Assembly: GCA_965197585.1 (NCBI GenBank)
Contig: OZ240215.1
Location: 2,688,001-2,752,000 of the forward strand
DNA length: 64,000 nucleotides
Reading direction: 5' to 3'
Source of the DNA: Dehalococcoidia bacterium
Lineage (GTDB): Bacteria > Chloroflexota > Dehalococcoidia > Plut-88900
Shown here: in pieces, positions 31,783-41,098 of the stretch
How positions within the stretch are numbered: the stretch's first letter is position 1
How the letters are laid out: every line of letters starts with the position of its first letter
Program-made: the position numbers and the translations under genes
The notes under the pieces: generated by a model
The model's database searches: none
What the model saw: only the letters and a program-made list of their open reading frames with translations
Told to the model about the DNA's origin: nothing

Positions 31783-32400
31783 ATGCAACCATTCACCACG
31801 CATACCGCCAACGTAGCCGTCCTTGATCGCACGAACGTAGATACGGACCAGGTTATTCCGAAGCAGTTTCTGAAGCGCATTGAGCGCACGGGATATGGAG
31901 AGTTTCTATTCTTCGATTGGGGCCGTCTTGAAGACGGGAGCCCGAACCCCGACTTCGAGCTCAACGCGCCTCAATACCAAAATGCGGGCATCCTTGTTAC
32001 CGGCCCGAACTTCGGGTGCGGTTCCTCCCGTGAGCATGCCGTCTGGGCCATTTACCAGCACGGGTTCAAGGCGATCATCGCTCCGTCCTTCGCCGAGATA
32101 TTTCACAAGAACTGTTTCCAAAACGGCCTGTGCCCTGTGCTCCTGGACGAGGGCCAAGTCACGGACATCATGGCACGGGCTCGGGCGAAGGGGCCCGGGT
32201 CCTACTCGCTCAACATTGACCTGGAGTCCTGTCTCCTCTCCGACGGCGAGGGGCTGAGTCTTCCCTTCGTCATCCACCAGGACAAGGCCACCCACGATTT
32301 CCGTCGGCGTTGCCTTCTGGAGGGCCTCGACGAAATCGACCTTACTCTGCAGCACGAGGATGCGATACTCGCCTACGAGAAAGCTCGCGGAATAGCCTGA
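31783..32400 (+). CDS. leuD: 3-isopropylmalate dehydratase small subunit
   Basis: NVDTDQVIPKQFL, NFGCGSSREHA, LL.GLDEI.LTL. Confidence 0.97.
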   Translation: MQPFTTHTANVAVLDRTNVDTDQVIPKQFLKRIERTGYGEFLFFDWGRLEDGSPNPDFELNAPQYQNAGILVTGPNFGCGSSREHAVWAIYQHGFKAIIAPSFAEIFHKNCFQNGLCPVLLDEGQVTDIMARARAKGPGSYSLNIDLESCLLSDGEGLSLPFVIHQDKATHDFRRRCLLEGLDEIDLTLQHEDAILAYEKARGIA

Positions 32401-32412
32401 GGAAATCCGACT

Positions 32413-33891
32413 ATGGACTGGCGGGAAGACTACAAGCGCAAGCTGTGCTCACCGGAGGAAGCCGCGGCCATGGTCAAGTCGGGAGACCTGGTCCACACGG
32501 GTCTGCTGCCCATGCCCCGGCTGATAGCGGATGCGATAGTGGGGCGTCGGGAGGAATTGGGACACCTGGACGTCACGATGGTGGAGCCGGAATACGATCC
32601 GGGCTTCCTGGAAAGCGCCTATTCCGACAAGTTCTCCGTAACTGTAGAGATTCACATTGGCACCGTGGCCAAATACGCTCACGATGAAAGGCGCGTTGAT
32701 TACTCTCCCGTACTCTTCTCCACGTGGTTCAAGCCCTCCCTGGACCCGCGCCCGAACGCCCGGACCCCGGACGTATTCCTGTGCACCGTCTCGCCTCCAG
32801 ATGACAACGGCTATTGCAGCTTTGGCGCAAACCTCTGGAACAAGCACACATTCACCAAGCTCTCCCGTACCGTCCTGGCAGAGGTGGACGAGCGTTTCAT
32901 ACGCACCTACGGGGACAACTATGTTCATGTCTCGGAGATAGACGCGTTTGTGGAAAACACTCCTCCCCCCATGGATGACGAAGAACTTAAGGGCATCCTC
33001 TCCGGTATCGGAGACGAGGAGCGCCGAAACGAACTAGCGGAGGTTGCATCCCAGCTGGAGTACGATCGGCGCAGGGACTTCATTCCCCAGCTTGCCAACC
33101 TGGAACTCTCCCAAATGCGCCAGTGGGCCGCATTCTATGCAGGCCTTTCAGACCCGGGCCCAGCGGCAAGGCGAATCGCAGAATACGTATCTGAGCTAGT
33201 GCCAGATGGAGCGACCATCCAGATCGGAGCGGGAACACCCTCGACACTGCTCCCGACCCTCGGTACCTTCGACGGCAAGCAGGATCTAGGTATCCACTCG
33301 GAGATGGGCGCTCCGGGAATGATTGACCTCATCGACAAGGGAATAGTGACCGGGCGTTACACAAACACGCACCCGGGAGTGGCCCGACTTTCGGCCCTGA
33401 CCGCCACAAACATCAGCGAGCAGAAGTGGGCCGAGTACAACCCGAAGGTCGAACTGCTGGAGTCGCAGGACGTGGTAAGTATCAGGGAGCTCTCGCTAAT
33501 CGACAACATGTGCACCATCAACAACGCGTTGTCGGTGGACCTGTTCGGCCAAGTCAATTCGGAGACGGTGTTCGGGGGCAGGCTGGTGGCAGGAACGGGC
33601 GGCCAGACGGAGCTGCACATCGGGGCGACGCAGTCAAAGGGCGGCAGAGGGATTATTCTCCTAAGGTCGACAGCGTTGGGCGGGTCGGTGTCCCGGATAG
33701 TGCCCCAGCTTGAAGAGGGTGCAATAGTCACCATACCGCGCACATTTGCGGACATGGTGGTCACGGAATACGGGGTAGCTCAGCTGATGGGGAAGTCGGA
33801 CCGCCAGAGGGCGGAGGAACTGATCAACATCGCGCACCCGGACTTCCGGGCGGAGCTGCGTCGGGAGGCGCAGAGGCTGCTTTATCCGTAG
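32413..33891 (+). CDS. Acetyl-CoA hydrolase/4-hydroxybutyrate CoA-transferase family (paralog 1)
   Basis: VSPPD.NGYCSFG, QIGAG, LGIHSEM (catalytic Glu), GTGGQ, VVTEYG, IAHPDFR. Confidence 0.92.
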   Translation: MDWREDYKRKLCSPEEAAAMVKSGDLVHTGLLPMPRLIADAIVGRREELGHLDVTMVEPEYDPGFLESAYSDKFSVTVEIHIGTVAKYAHDERRVDYSPVLFSTWFKPSLDPRPNARTPDVFLCTVSPPDDNGYCSFGANLWNKHTFTKLSRTVLAEVDERFIRTYGDNYVHVSEIDAFVENTPPPMDDEELKGILSGIGDEERRNELAEVASQLEYDRRRDFIPQLANLELSQMRQWAAFYAGLSDPGPAARRIAEYVSELVPDGATIQIGAGTPSTLLPTLGTFDGKQDLGIHSEMGAPGMIDLIDKGIVTGRYTNTHPGVARLSALTATNISEQKWAEYNPKVELLESQDVVSIRELSLIDNMCTINNALSVDLFGQVNSETVFGGRLVAGTGGQTELHIGATQSKGGRGIILLRSTALGGSVSRIVPQLEEGAIVTIPRTFADMVVTEYGVAQLMGKSDRQRAEELINIAHPDFRAELRREAQRLLYP

Positions 33892-33897
33892 CACCCC

Positions 33898-33924
33898 ATG
33901 GACTGGCAAGAGCACTACAAGTAA
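33898..33924 (+). pseudogene. 8-codon N-terminal remnant of a CoA-transferase paralog (MDWQEHYK*)
   Basis: atggactggcaagagcacta is identical to the start of paralog 3 at 37834. Confidence 0.8.
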
Positions 33925-33954
33925 CTGTAAGGAATCGGAGTACTCACACTTACA

Positions 33955-35079
33955 ATGGTTCTCCTTAAACAAAGACCAAGGGCAGCTGAATTCTTTGCCG
34001 GGGTTGGCCTAGTACGTAAGGCATTGGAACCTTCTGGGTTCGAGGTTGTATTCGCTAACGACATCAGTCGTCACAAATATGACATCTATAGCCTGAATTT
34101 CGACCCTTCCTGCTTCAATCTGGGAGACATAACGGACCTAAAGGGCGCCAATGTCCCCGACATAGAGTTGGCAACCGCTGGCTTTCCGTGCACCGATCTA
34201 TCACTTGCTGGCTTGAGGAGAGGCCTTAGAGGTAAGCAATCGGGCACGGTCGCGGAGTTTATTCGGATACTGTGCGAGATGGGTGTGCGCCGGCCCAATG
34301 CCATAATGATTGAAAATGTTCCCGGTTTTGCTACTTCAAAACGCGGCGAAGACCTCAGAAGCATAATCTCAAACCTAAATCAGCTGGGGTATGTCTGTGA
34401 CATTTTAGAGATTGATGCGAAACGATTTGTTCCACAAAGTCGGAGTCGGTTATTTATTCTAGGAAGCACTAATGCTCGATTCGGGGTACCTGGCTGGGTA
34501 AAAAGCGACTTGCGGCCTCCTTGGATACGTGACTTTGTTTTGCGTTATCCAGAACTCGCATTCGCCTCAACAAGGTTTCCCGATCCGCCAGCTATCGATG
34601 CGGGTGGAACTTTGGACTCCGTAATAGAGCCTTTAAGTTCAGATGATCCTCTCTGGTGGGAAGAATCTCGAAAACGTCGGTTTAAGGCATCATTGTCCAT
34701 GTCTAACTTCCACAGATTGTCCACAATGTGTAATGGCGATGAACTGACGTGGGCTACTGCTTATCGTCGAACCAGACGAGTTGGCCCAGTTTGGGAGATT
34801 CGGGGTGACCGGATTAGCGGGTGCCTAAGGACCGGGAGTGGTGGGTCTTCAAGACAGGCTGTGGTAGAGGCTGGCACTGGACAATTCAGGGTCCGCTGGA
34901 TGACTGGCCGAGAATATGCTCGATTACAAGGTGCAGAGGAATTGGATCTTACGGGTGTGCCTGAGAGCAAGGCTAGATTTGCTTTGGGTGATGCAGTGTG
35001 TGTTCCCGTTGTTAAGTGGCTAGCCGAAAACTGTTTGCCCAAACTCATCAGTGAGCGTGGAGCTCTAGTTAATGCCTAG
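33955..35079 (+). CDS. DNA (cytosine-5)-methyltransferase
   Basis: FFAGVG (motif I), GFPC (IV), ENV (VI), PQSR.R (VIII), REYARLQG (IX), GDAV (X). Confidence 0.95.
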   Translation: MVLLKQRPRAAEFFAGVGLVRKALEPSGFEVVFANDISRHKYDIYSLNFDPSCFNLGDITDLKGANVPDIELATAGFPCTDLSLAGLRRGLRGKQSGTVAEFIRILCEMGVRRPNAIMIENVPGFATSKRGEDLRSIISNLNQLGYVCDILEIDAKRFVPQSRSRLFILGSTNARFGVPGWVKSDLRPPWIRDFVLRYPELAFASTRFPDPPAIDAGGTLDSVIEPLSSDDPLWWEESRKRRFKASLSMSNFHRLSTMCNGDELTWATAYRRTRRVGPVWEIRGDRISGCLRTGSGGSSRQAVVEAGTGQFRVRWMTGREYARLQGAEELDLTGVPESKARFALGDAVCVPVVKWLAENCLPKLISERGALVNA

Positions 35080-35758
35080 GGCAAGCAAAGGCAATCCGCC
35101 AGAAGAGGTCGCGGCCATCAGGGCTGAACTCGAGAAAGCGCTAGATGCCCGCGATGGCCAAAGAAGAGTGATAGGCAATGCCAGTAAAGGTGTGTACGCC
35201 TTCTATGACTATGACGGCGAGCCTATATATGTAGGACAAACTATGGAGAAACTACGGACTCGCATTCGCCGTCACCTTACCAATCACAGGACGGATGCCG
35301 TAGCAATGAGCGTCCTCGATCCCTTTGAAGTAGCAGAGATAGAGATGTGGCCATTTTGGGACTTGCAGGGATTAAGCTCTAAAGATGAGCACACCATCTC
35401 TGCTCTTAACTCAGCCGAATACACCGTCTTCCAAAAGTTGGTTTCATCATCGGTATTCGGCGCTGTTTTAAATGAGATTCCTGTTAGGAAAGCACCAGTT
35501 ATCTCCTTACCCCCTTCATACCGATCCAGAATAGTCCCCGAACCTATCTATTCCCGCAGGATACATCCGGATATTCGCATAGCTCGCCGAGCTAGCACTA
35601 TAGCAAAGCTAGCTCAAGTCATTGCTGAAAGATCAGTTCAGCCTGGATTGAGAACAACTTTGCTTACCCAAGCACGGCGCTTGGAACACCTTGCCAAACG
35701 ACGCCTTGCAGATATTCAAGATCCTACACATGTTAAAGTAGTTAATGTGACTCATTGA
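35072..35758 (+). CDS. GIY-YIG nuclease; probable type II restriction endonuclease
   Basis: GVYAFY...PIYVGQT...LRTRI.RH; lies between the MTase and Vsr genes. Confidence 0.8.
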   Translation: MPRASKGNPPEEVAAIRAELEKALDARDGQRRVIGNASKGVYAFYDYDGEPIYVGQTMEKLRTRIRRHLTNHRTDAVAMSVLDPFEVAEIEMWPFWDLQGLSSKDEHTISALNSAEYTVFQKLVSSSVFGAVLNEIPVRKAPVISLPPSYRSRIVPEPIYSRRIHPDIRIARRASTIAKLAQVIAERSVQPGLRTTLLTQARRLEHLAKRRLADIQDPTHVKVVNVTH

Positions 35759-35765
35759 CTAAATC

Positions 35766-36203
35766 ATGCCTGAACAGTTCTCGCCGGAACAGCGAAGTAT
35801 GATTATGTCTCGGGTACGATCGAAAGATACCGGCCCGGAAGTAGCCGTCCGGAGAGCATTACACCAGCGAGGTTTTCGATTTCGCGTTGATGTCAGTAAA
35901 CTGGCTGGCAGACCAGACATAGTTCTCAGGAAATACTATACGGTTATTTTCGTACATGGCTGCCTTTGGCACGGGCACCAATGTAAGCGGTTTAGATGGC
36001 CAGTCAACAACGCCGCCTATTGGAAAACTAAAATCGAAAAGACTATCGCCCGCGACATTGCCAACCAAAAGGTATTGCAGGAGTTCGGTTGGGACGTTCA
36101 AGTTGTGTGGGATTGCAACTTTAGGTCACAGCTAGAAGACCTGCTGTGCGTGATGGAGGCAAAGCGCCTCAAAAATGCAACGAGGATAGACGAACCAGCT
36201 TAG
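35766..36203 (+). CDS. vsr: Very short patch repair endonuclease
   Basis: RS.IMSRVRSKDTGPE, GRPDIV, FVHGC.WHGH.C, VWDC. Confidence 0.95.
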   Translation: MPEQFSPEQRSMIMSRVRSKDTGPEVAVRRALHQRGFRFRVDVSKLAGRPDIVLRKYYTVIFVHGCLWHGHQCKRFRWPVNNAAYWKTKIEKTIARDIANQKVLQEFGWDVQVVWDCNFRSQLEDLLCVMEAKRLKNATRIDEPA

Positions 36204-36235
36204 TCTTTGGAATCTGAGGAGACAGAATACAAAAG

Positions 36236-36278
36236 GGGCTAGGTCGGGCCTCCATGTTTCGGGAGACCTGCCTAGCCC
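36236..36278. terminator. Hairpin downstream of vsr
   Basis: gggctagg...cctagccc stem; weak U-tract. Confidence 0.4.
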
Positions 36279-36344
36279 ATGTAGAGGCTGTAACTTAATA
36301 CAACCTACACTACAAATTTAGTGAGGACTACAGCGACTGTCAAC

Positions 36345-37826
36345 ATGGACTGGCAAGAAGAGTACAAACGTAAATTAATTTCTGCGGAAGAGGCTGTCAC
36401 ACTTGTAAAGTCGGGGGACCGGGTGGAGATTTCCATCTACCCCACCCCTACCCTTCTTCCCCCTGCTCTGGCCAAGCGCAGGGCGGAGCTGCGGGACGTT
36501 GAGACTGTCATGCCGGAACCCGTCTATCCCATGCCGTGGTTCGAGCCGGGATTCGAGGACTCGTTTTCTACTACCCTGGAGCTTCACGTAGGCATGGGGG
36601 GCGCACGGCCGGTCGTCGACGAGAAGCGCGCCGACTACTACCCCATCCTCTTCTCATTGTGGCACAAGCCCTACATAGACAGACCCGAGTCCGCGCCGCC
36701 TATGGACGTGTTCATGTGCACAGTCTCGCCGCCCGACCGCAATGGGTATTGCAGCTTCGGGGGGCACCTGTGGAACAAGCGGGTGCTGGCCTCACACGCG
36801 AAGATTGTCCTCGCTGAGGTCGACGAGACGTTCATCCGGACCCACGGTACGAACTACATCCACGTCTCGGACATTGACCGCTTCGTCGAAAATCGGCCGG
36901 AGCTGATGCCGGACGACGAACTGGAACGCATCATACAAGACATGCCGGACGAGGAAGGGAGTCGTGAGCTCAGGGCCGTATCCACGCGAGTCGAGGTTGA
37001 GCGGCGCTACGATTTCATTCCCAAGCTCGCCCTGATGGACGGCCCCACTATCCGAGGGTGGGCCCAAGTGTACGGTTATCAGAGCGAAACGGAGCCAATT
37101 GCCCTGACCATCGGCAAATATGTTGCTGAACTAATACCGGACGGGTCGTGCTTGCAGGTCGGTGGAGGAACGCCGTCGACACTTATACCGGGGATGGGAG
37201 TCCTGGATGAGAAGCACGACCTGGGGGTGCATTCGGAGATGTCGGCGCGGGGGTTGGTGGAACTAGTGCGGAAGGGTGTGGTGACTGGCAAGCGAAAGAA
37301 TTTTCACCCGGGGAAATACATCGTCTCGGCGCTTACGGCCTGTACCCAGGACGAGATACGGTTTACCCACAACAACCCTAATTTCGAACTGTACGACTCT
37401 CACTATGTCGTCAATATTGCCAACGTGGCGGCAAACGACAACATGGTCTCCATCAACAGCGCTATTGCCATAGACCTAACTGGTCAGATCACCTCCGAGA
37501 CGGTATTTGGGGGCAGGCTGATTGCAGGAACCGGGGGCCAGCCCGAATTGCACATGGGCGCAGTAAGCTCGCGGGGAGGGCAGGGGATAACGTGTCTGAG
37601 ATCCACGGCCATGGGCGGGGTAGTGTCGCGCATCGTGCCCCAGCACGACGCCGGAACTGCTATCACCGTGACACGGGGTTTTGCCGACTACGTGGTTACG
37701 GAATACGGTGTGGCCAGTCTTTTGGGCAAGACGTTCAGGCAGCGGGCCGAGGAGCTGATAAGCATCGCACACCCGGACTTCAGGGCCGAGCTTCGGCAGG
37801 AAGCGCAGAAGCTATTCTACCCGTAA
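36345..37826 (+). CDS. Acetyl-CoA hydrolase/4-hydroxybutyrate CoA-transferase family (paralog 2)
   Basis: Same motifs as paralog 1; LGVHSEM. Confidence 0.92.
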   Translation: MDWQEEYKRKLISAEEAVTLVKSGDRVEISIYPTPTLLPPALAKRRAELRDVETVMPEPVYPMPWFEPGFEDSFSTTLELHVGMGGARPVVDEKRADYYPILFSLWHKPYIDRPESAPPMDVFMCTVSPPDRNGYCSFGGHLWNKRVLASHAKIVLAEVDETFIRTHGTNYIHVSDIDRFVENRPELMPDDELERIIQDMPDEEGSRELRAVSTRVEVERRYDFIPKLALMDGPTIRGWAQVYGYQSETEPIALTIGKYVAELIPDGSCLQVGGGTPSTLIPGMGVLDEKHDLGVHSEMSARGLVELVRKGVVTGKRKNFHPGKYIVSALTACTQDEIRFTHNNPNFELYDSHYVVNIANVAANDNMVSINSAIAIDLTGQITSETVFGGRLIAGTGGQPELHMGAVSSRGGQGITCLRSTAMGGVVSRIVPQHDAGTAITVTRGFADYVVTEYGVASLLGKTFRQRAEELISIAHPDFRAELRQEAQKLFYP

Positions 37827-37833
37827 TCTCCTG

Positions 37834-39315
37834 ATGGACTGGCAAGAGCACTATAAACGTAAGCTGGTCACCGCCGACGAGGCCGTCAAGCTGGTGAAGT
37901 CGGGGGACAGGGTGGAGATTGCCATGTCGCCGACGCCCTCGGTGTTGCCGCCGGCCCTAGGGAAGCGTTGGCCCGAGCTGCGGAACGTAGAGACGGTGAT
38001 GGCCGAGCCAGGCTACCACGTGCCGTGGTATGAGCCGGGTTTCGAGGAATCATTTTCCACAACGCTGACGGTGCATATTGGGGTGAGCGGGGGTGGGACG
38101 GTGCTCGACGAGAAGCGGGCCGACTACTATCCAAGCCTATTTTCGCTGTGGCACAAGCCCGCCATTGACAGGCCCGATGCAGCTCCCCCAACCGACGTTT
38201 TCATGTGCACCGTCTCGCCGCCGGACAAGAACGGTTACTGCAGCTTTGGGCCATATCTGTGGTACAAGCGGGAGCTGGCCAAGCATGCAAAGGTGGTTTT
38301 GGCTGAGGTCAACGATCAATACATCAGGACGCACGGGACTAACTACATCCATGTTTCGGAGATAGACAGGTTCGTGGACAACTCCCCCATACCGATGCCC
38401 GACGACGAGATGGAGTCCATGATCCAAAGCATGGCGGACGAGGAGGCAAGAGAGGAACTGAGGGCCGTATCAGACCGGATCGAACCCGAGCGGCGATACG
38501 ATCTAATACCCAGGCTGGTGAAGATGGACGCCCGGGTCATGCGGCGATGGGCCGAATCGACGGGGTTCCAAAGCGAACCCGAGCCCGTTGCCCTGGCCAT
38601 ATGCCAATACGCCGCTGATCTCATTCCAGACGGGGCCTGCCTTCAAGTCGGGGGCGGAACGCCATCTACGCTGCTTCCGAGCCTGGGGGTGCTGGACGAA
38701 AAGCGTGACCTTGGGTTCCATTCCGAGATGTCGCCGAGAGGGCTAATCGACCTGGTGCGGAAGGGAGTAATAACAGGCAAGCGAAAGAACTTCCATCCTG
38801 GGAAGTATGTCACCTCATCGCTTTCCAATTGCACTCAGGAAGAGATTCTGTTCGCGCACAACAACCCGATGTTCGAGCTGCGCGATACCTCATATGTGGT
38901 AAACATCGCCAACGTGGCGGCGAACGACAATATGGTGTCCATCAACAGCGCAATCGCCGTAGACCTGACCGGCCAGATCACCGCCGAGACGGTTTTCGGG
39001 GGGAGGTTGATAGCCGGTACCGGGGGACAGCCGGAGCTTCACATGGGGGCCATAAGTTCCAGGGGTGGGCGAGCTATCACGTGCCTGCGTTCTACTGCGA
39101 TGGGGGGAGTCGTGTCACGTATAGTCCCACAGCACGACGCTGGAACTGCCATCACCGTGACCCGGGGCTTTGCGGACTACGTGGTGACCGAATATGGAGT
39201 TGCCAGCCTGTTCGGCAAGACCTTCAGGCAGAGGGCCGAGGAGCTAATCAACGTAGCACACCCGGATTTTCGGGCTGATCTCCGACGAGAGGCCCGAAAG
39301 CTCTTCTACCCGTGA
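37834..39315 (+). CDS. Acetyl-CoA hydrolase/4-hydroxybutyrate CoA-transferase family (paralog 3)
   Basis: LGFHSEM; C-terminal third nearly identical to paralog 2. Confidence 0.92.
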   Translation: MDWQEHYKRKLVTADEAVKLVKSGDRVEIAMSPTPSVLPPALGKRWPELRNVETVMAEPGYHVPWYEPGFEESFSTTLTVHIGVSGGGTVLDEKRADYYPSLFSLWHKPAIDRPDAAPPTDVFMCTVSPPDKNGYCSFGPYLWYKRELAKHAKVVLAEVNDQYIRTHGTNYIHVSEIDRFVDNSPIPMPDDEMESMIQSMADEEAREELRAVSDRIEPERRYDLIPRLVKMDARVMRRWAESTGFQSEPEPVALAICQYAADLIPDGACLQVGGGTPSTLLPSLGVLDEKRDLGFHSEMSPRGLIDLVRKGVITGKRKNFHPGKYVTSSLSNCTQEEILFAHNNPMFELRDTSYVVNIANVAANDNMVSINSAIAVDLTGQITAETVFGGRLIAGTGGQPELHMGAISSRGGRAITCLRSTAMGGVVSRIVPQHDAGTAITVTRGFADYVVTEYGVASLFGKTFRQRAEELINVAHPDFRADLRREARKLFYP

Positions 39316-40580
39316 GCCCCCGCCTGCCCTCCTTCCTGTCATTCCTGTTCCGTCAGTCCCTACCCAACGACTACCTGACCATCCAACTTGAGAGAGCATG
39401 TCGAGAAGATATCTGTCCCATCTGCATCTTCGAGGGGGAGTCACGGTACACCTGGCTCTGGTCATTCCTCTGGGAGCACGTCAACGATCCCGAGGCGCGG
39501 GACCAATTCATAGGCGCGGGTGGCCTCTGCCCCGCCGACCTCTGGCGCGCCGTCGAGCTTGCGCGACATATCATCAAAAGCTCCCTTGGGGTGGCGATGG
39601 TGTTTCAGCACCTGGTCAAGATCATCACTAAGGCTTTGGAGACCGGACACTCCAGTGAACCCTGGATAAACACTTCGCCGTGGAGGTTTGACCTGGGCAG
39701 CGGGTGCCAAGCCTGCGCCACTGCCGAAAGCGCGGCCGAGCATTCGGCAAATCGGCTACTTCTCGCCGCGTCGGTGCCCACCCCACCGCGCTGGCTTGAG
39801 TCGGCTTTCCTCCTGTGCGGCCGCCACTTTCAGGCCTTGGATGCCAAGGCCTCCAACTCGGAGTCCCGCACTCTGCTATACAACTTCCAAAACGCAGCGG
39901 CGAAAACCCAGGGTACGCCTAGCCCCGCCCGTCGTTTGGAAGCTGCGGTCAAGCCTCTTCCAGCCTTCTTCTCGGTGCCCGTCAAATCCGAGAGCCTGTA
40001 CGAGAAGGCATCGGAAAGATGTCCAGTGTGCGAGCGTGTTACCCGGCTTGAAAAGGACTCGTCTTCTCCCCCAACCACTACACTTCATTCCTGCCTGGCC
40101 CATTACCGGGCCTTCGCTGGGGCAGGGACTGCTCTATACGCTCGGTTTGCACCTGAAGAAGCGTCGCAAGCAGTAAATCAGCGTTCAGACTGCCCTTCTT
40201 GCAGCCAACGCCAAGAACTCGAGGGCCAAGCCATCGATTACACCGTTTCCCAAATTCAAGAGCGCGGGGCTCAGGACCTGCTCTGTATTTCTCACCTTAC
40301 CCGGGTCTTGGCCATGCTTCCTCGGGATAGGGGTGATGGGTTCCTGAAAGACCAATTGGACCGACTGAACACCCTGATAAAGGACCTTGACGACTTCATC
40401 GCGCTGCACGATTACCGGTACGGAAAGCAGCCGGCGGAGAACCCTGACTCTCCCTATCGGTGGGCACTCCGTTTTCTTTCTTCAGAACCTTCCATTTATG
40501 CACATCTACTGCCTCCCGGCGGGTCCGAAAAGTTTCTTCGTTCGAAGCGTCAGAGGAGGGCCTCGCTGCCCAATCCTTGA
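39312..40580 (+). CDS. Cys/His-rich protein, DUF6062-like
   Basis: CPIC...E.VNDP..R..F...GGLC; further CxxC pairs (CQAC, CPVC, CPSC) and CxxH; C-terminal DFI..HDYR. Confidence 0.6.
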   Translation: MSPRLPSFLSFLFRQSLPNDYLTIQLERACREDICPICIFEGESRYTWLWSFLWEHVNDPEARDQFIGAGGLCPADLWRAVELARHIIKSSLGVAMVFQHLVKIITKALETGHSSEPWINTSPWRFDLGSGCQACATAESAAEHSANRLLLAASVPTPPRWLESAFLLCGRHFQALDAKASNSESRTLLYNFQNAAAKTQGTPSPARRLEAAVKPLPAFFSVPVKSESLYEKASERCPVCERVTRLEKDSSSPPTTTLHSCLAHYRAFAGAGTALYARFAPEEASQAVNQRSDCPSCSQRQELEGQAIDYTVSQIQERGAQDLLCISHLTRVLAMLPRDRGDGFLKDQLDRLNTLIKDLDDFIALHDYRYGKQPAENPDSPYRWALRFLSSEPSIYAHLLPPGGSEKFLRSKRQRRASLPNP

Positions 40581-40606
40581 CATAGCACCCCTCCCCTTCC
40601 TAAAAT
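40577..40606 (+). promoter_or_regulatory. Promoter for iscA-ygfZ
   Basis: TTGACA-N18-TAAAAT. Confidence 0.6.
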
Positions 40607-40637
40607 CTCAATAGGCCAATACGTCACAACGACAGGA

Positions 40638-40997
40638 ATGACACCAGCCATGACTACAGCAACCCCACTCCCCACCATCCATGTTACCGAGCAGGCGGCC
40701 AAGCAAATGATGAAGATAGCCACCAAGGAGGGCTACGACGAATTCGGCCTGCGCATGGCCGTCAAGGGCGGCGGCTGCTCGGGGCTCACGTACAAGCTCG
40801 GTTTCACAGAAACCCCGAAGAAGGACGACAAAGTCATTGAGGAGCACGGCGTCAAGCTTTTCGTAGACTTCAAGAGCATGTTCTACCTAGGCGGCACCGT
40901 TCTAGACTTCTCGGGCGGGCTGAACGGCAAGGGTTTCGAGTTCACGAATCCGAACGCCAAGACGACCTGCGGGTGTGGGAACTCGTTCTCGGTCTAA
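40638..40997 (+). CDS. iscA: A-type Fe-S cluster carrier (IscA/HesB)
   Basis: GGGCSGL.Y; NPNAK.TCGCG.SF. Confidence 0.93.
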   Translation: MTPAMTTATPLPTIHVTEQAAKQMMKIATKEGYDEFGLRMAVKGGGCSGLTYKLGFTETPKKDDKVIEEHGVKLFVDFKSMFYLGGTVLDFSGGLNGKGFEFTNPNAKTTCGCGNSFSV

Positions 40998-41098
40998 TCG
41001 CAGTTCCAGCCCTACTTTAGCCTTTGGGGCCTTCCAATCAACTGGAAGGCCCCTATCTTCTACCATTGACTCCTGAAGCACTAGAAGGACTTGCCGTT

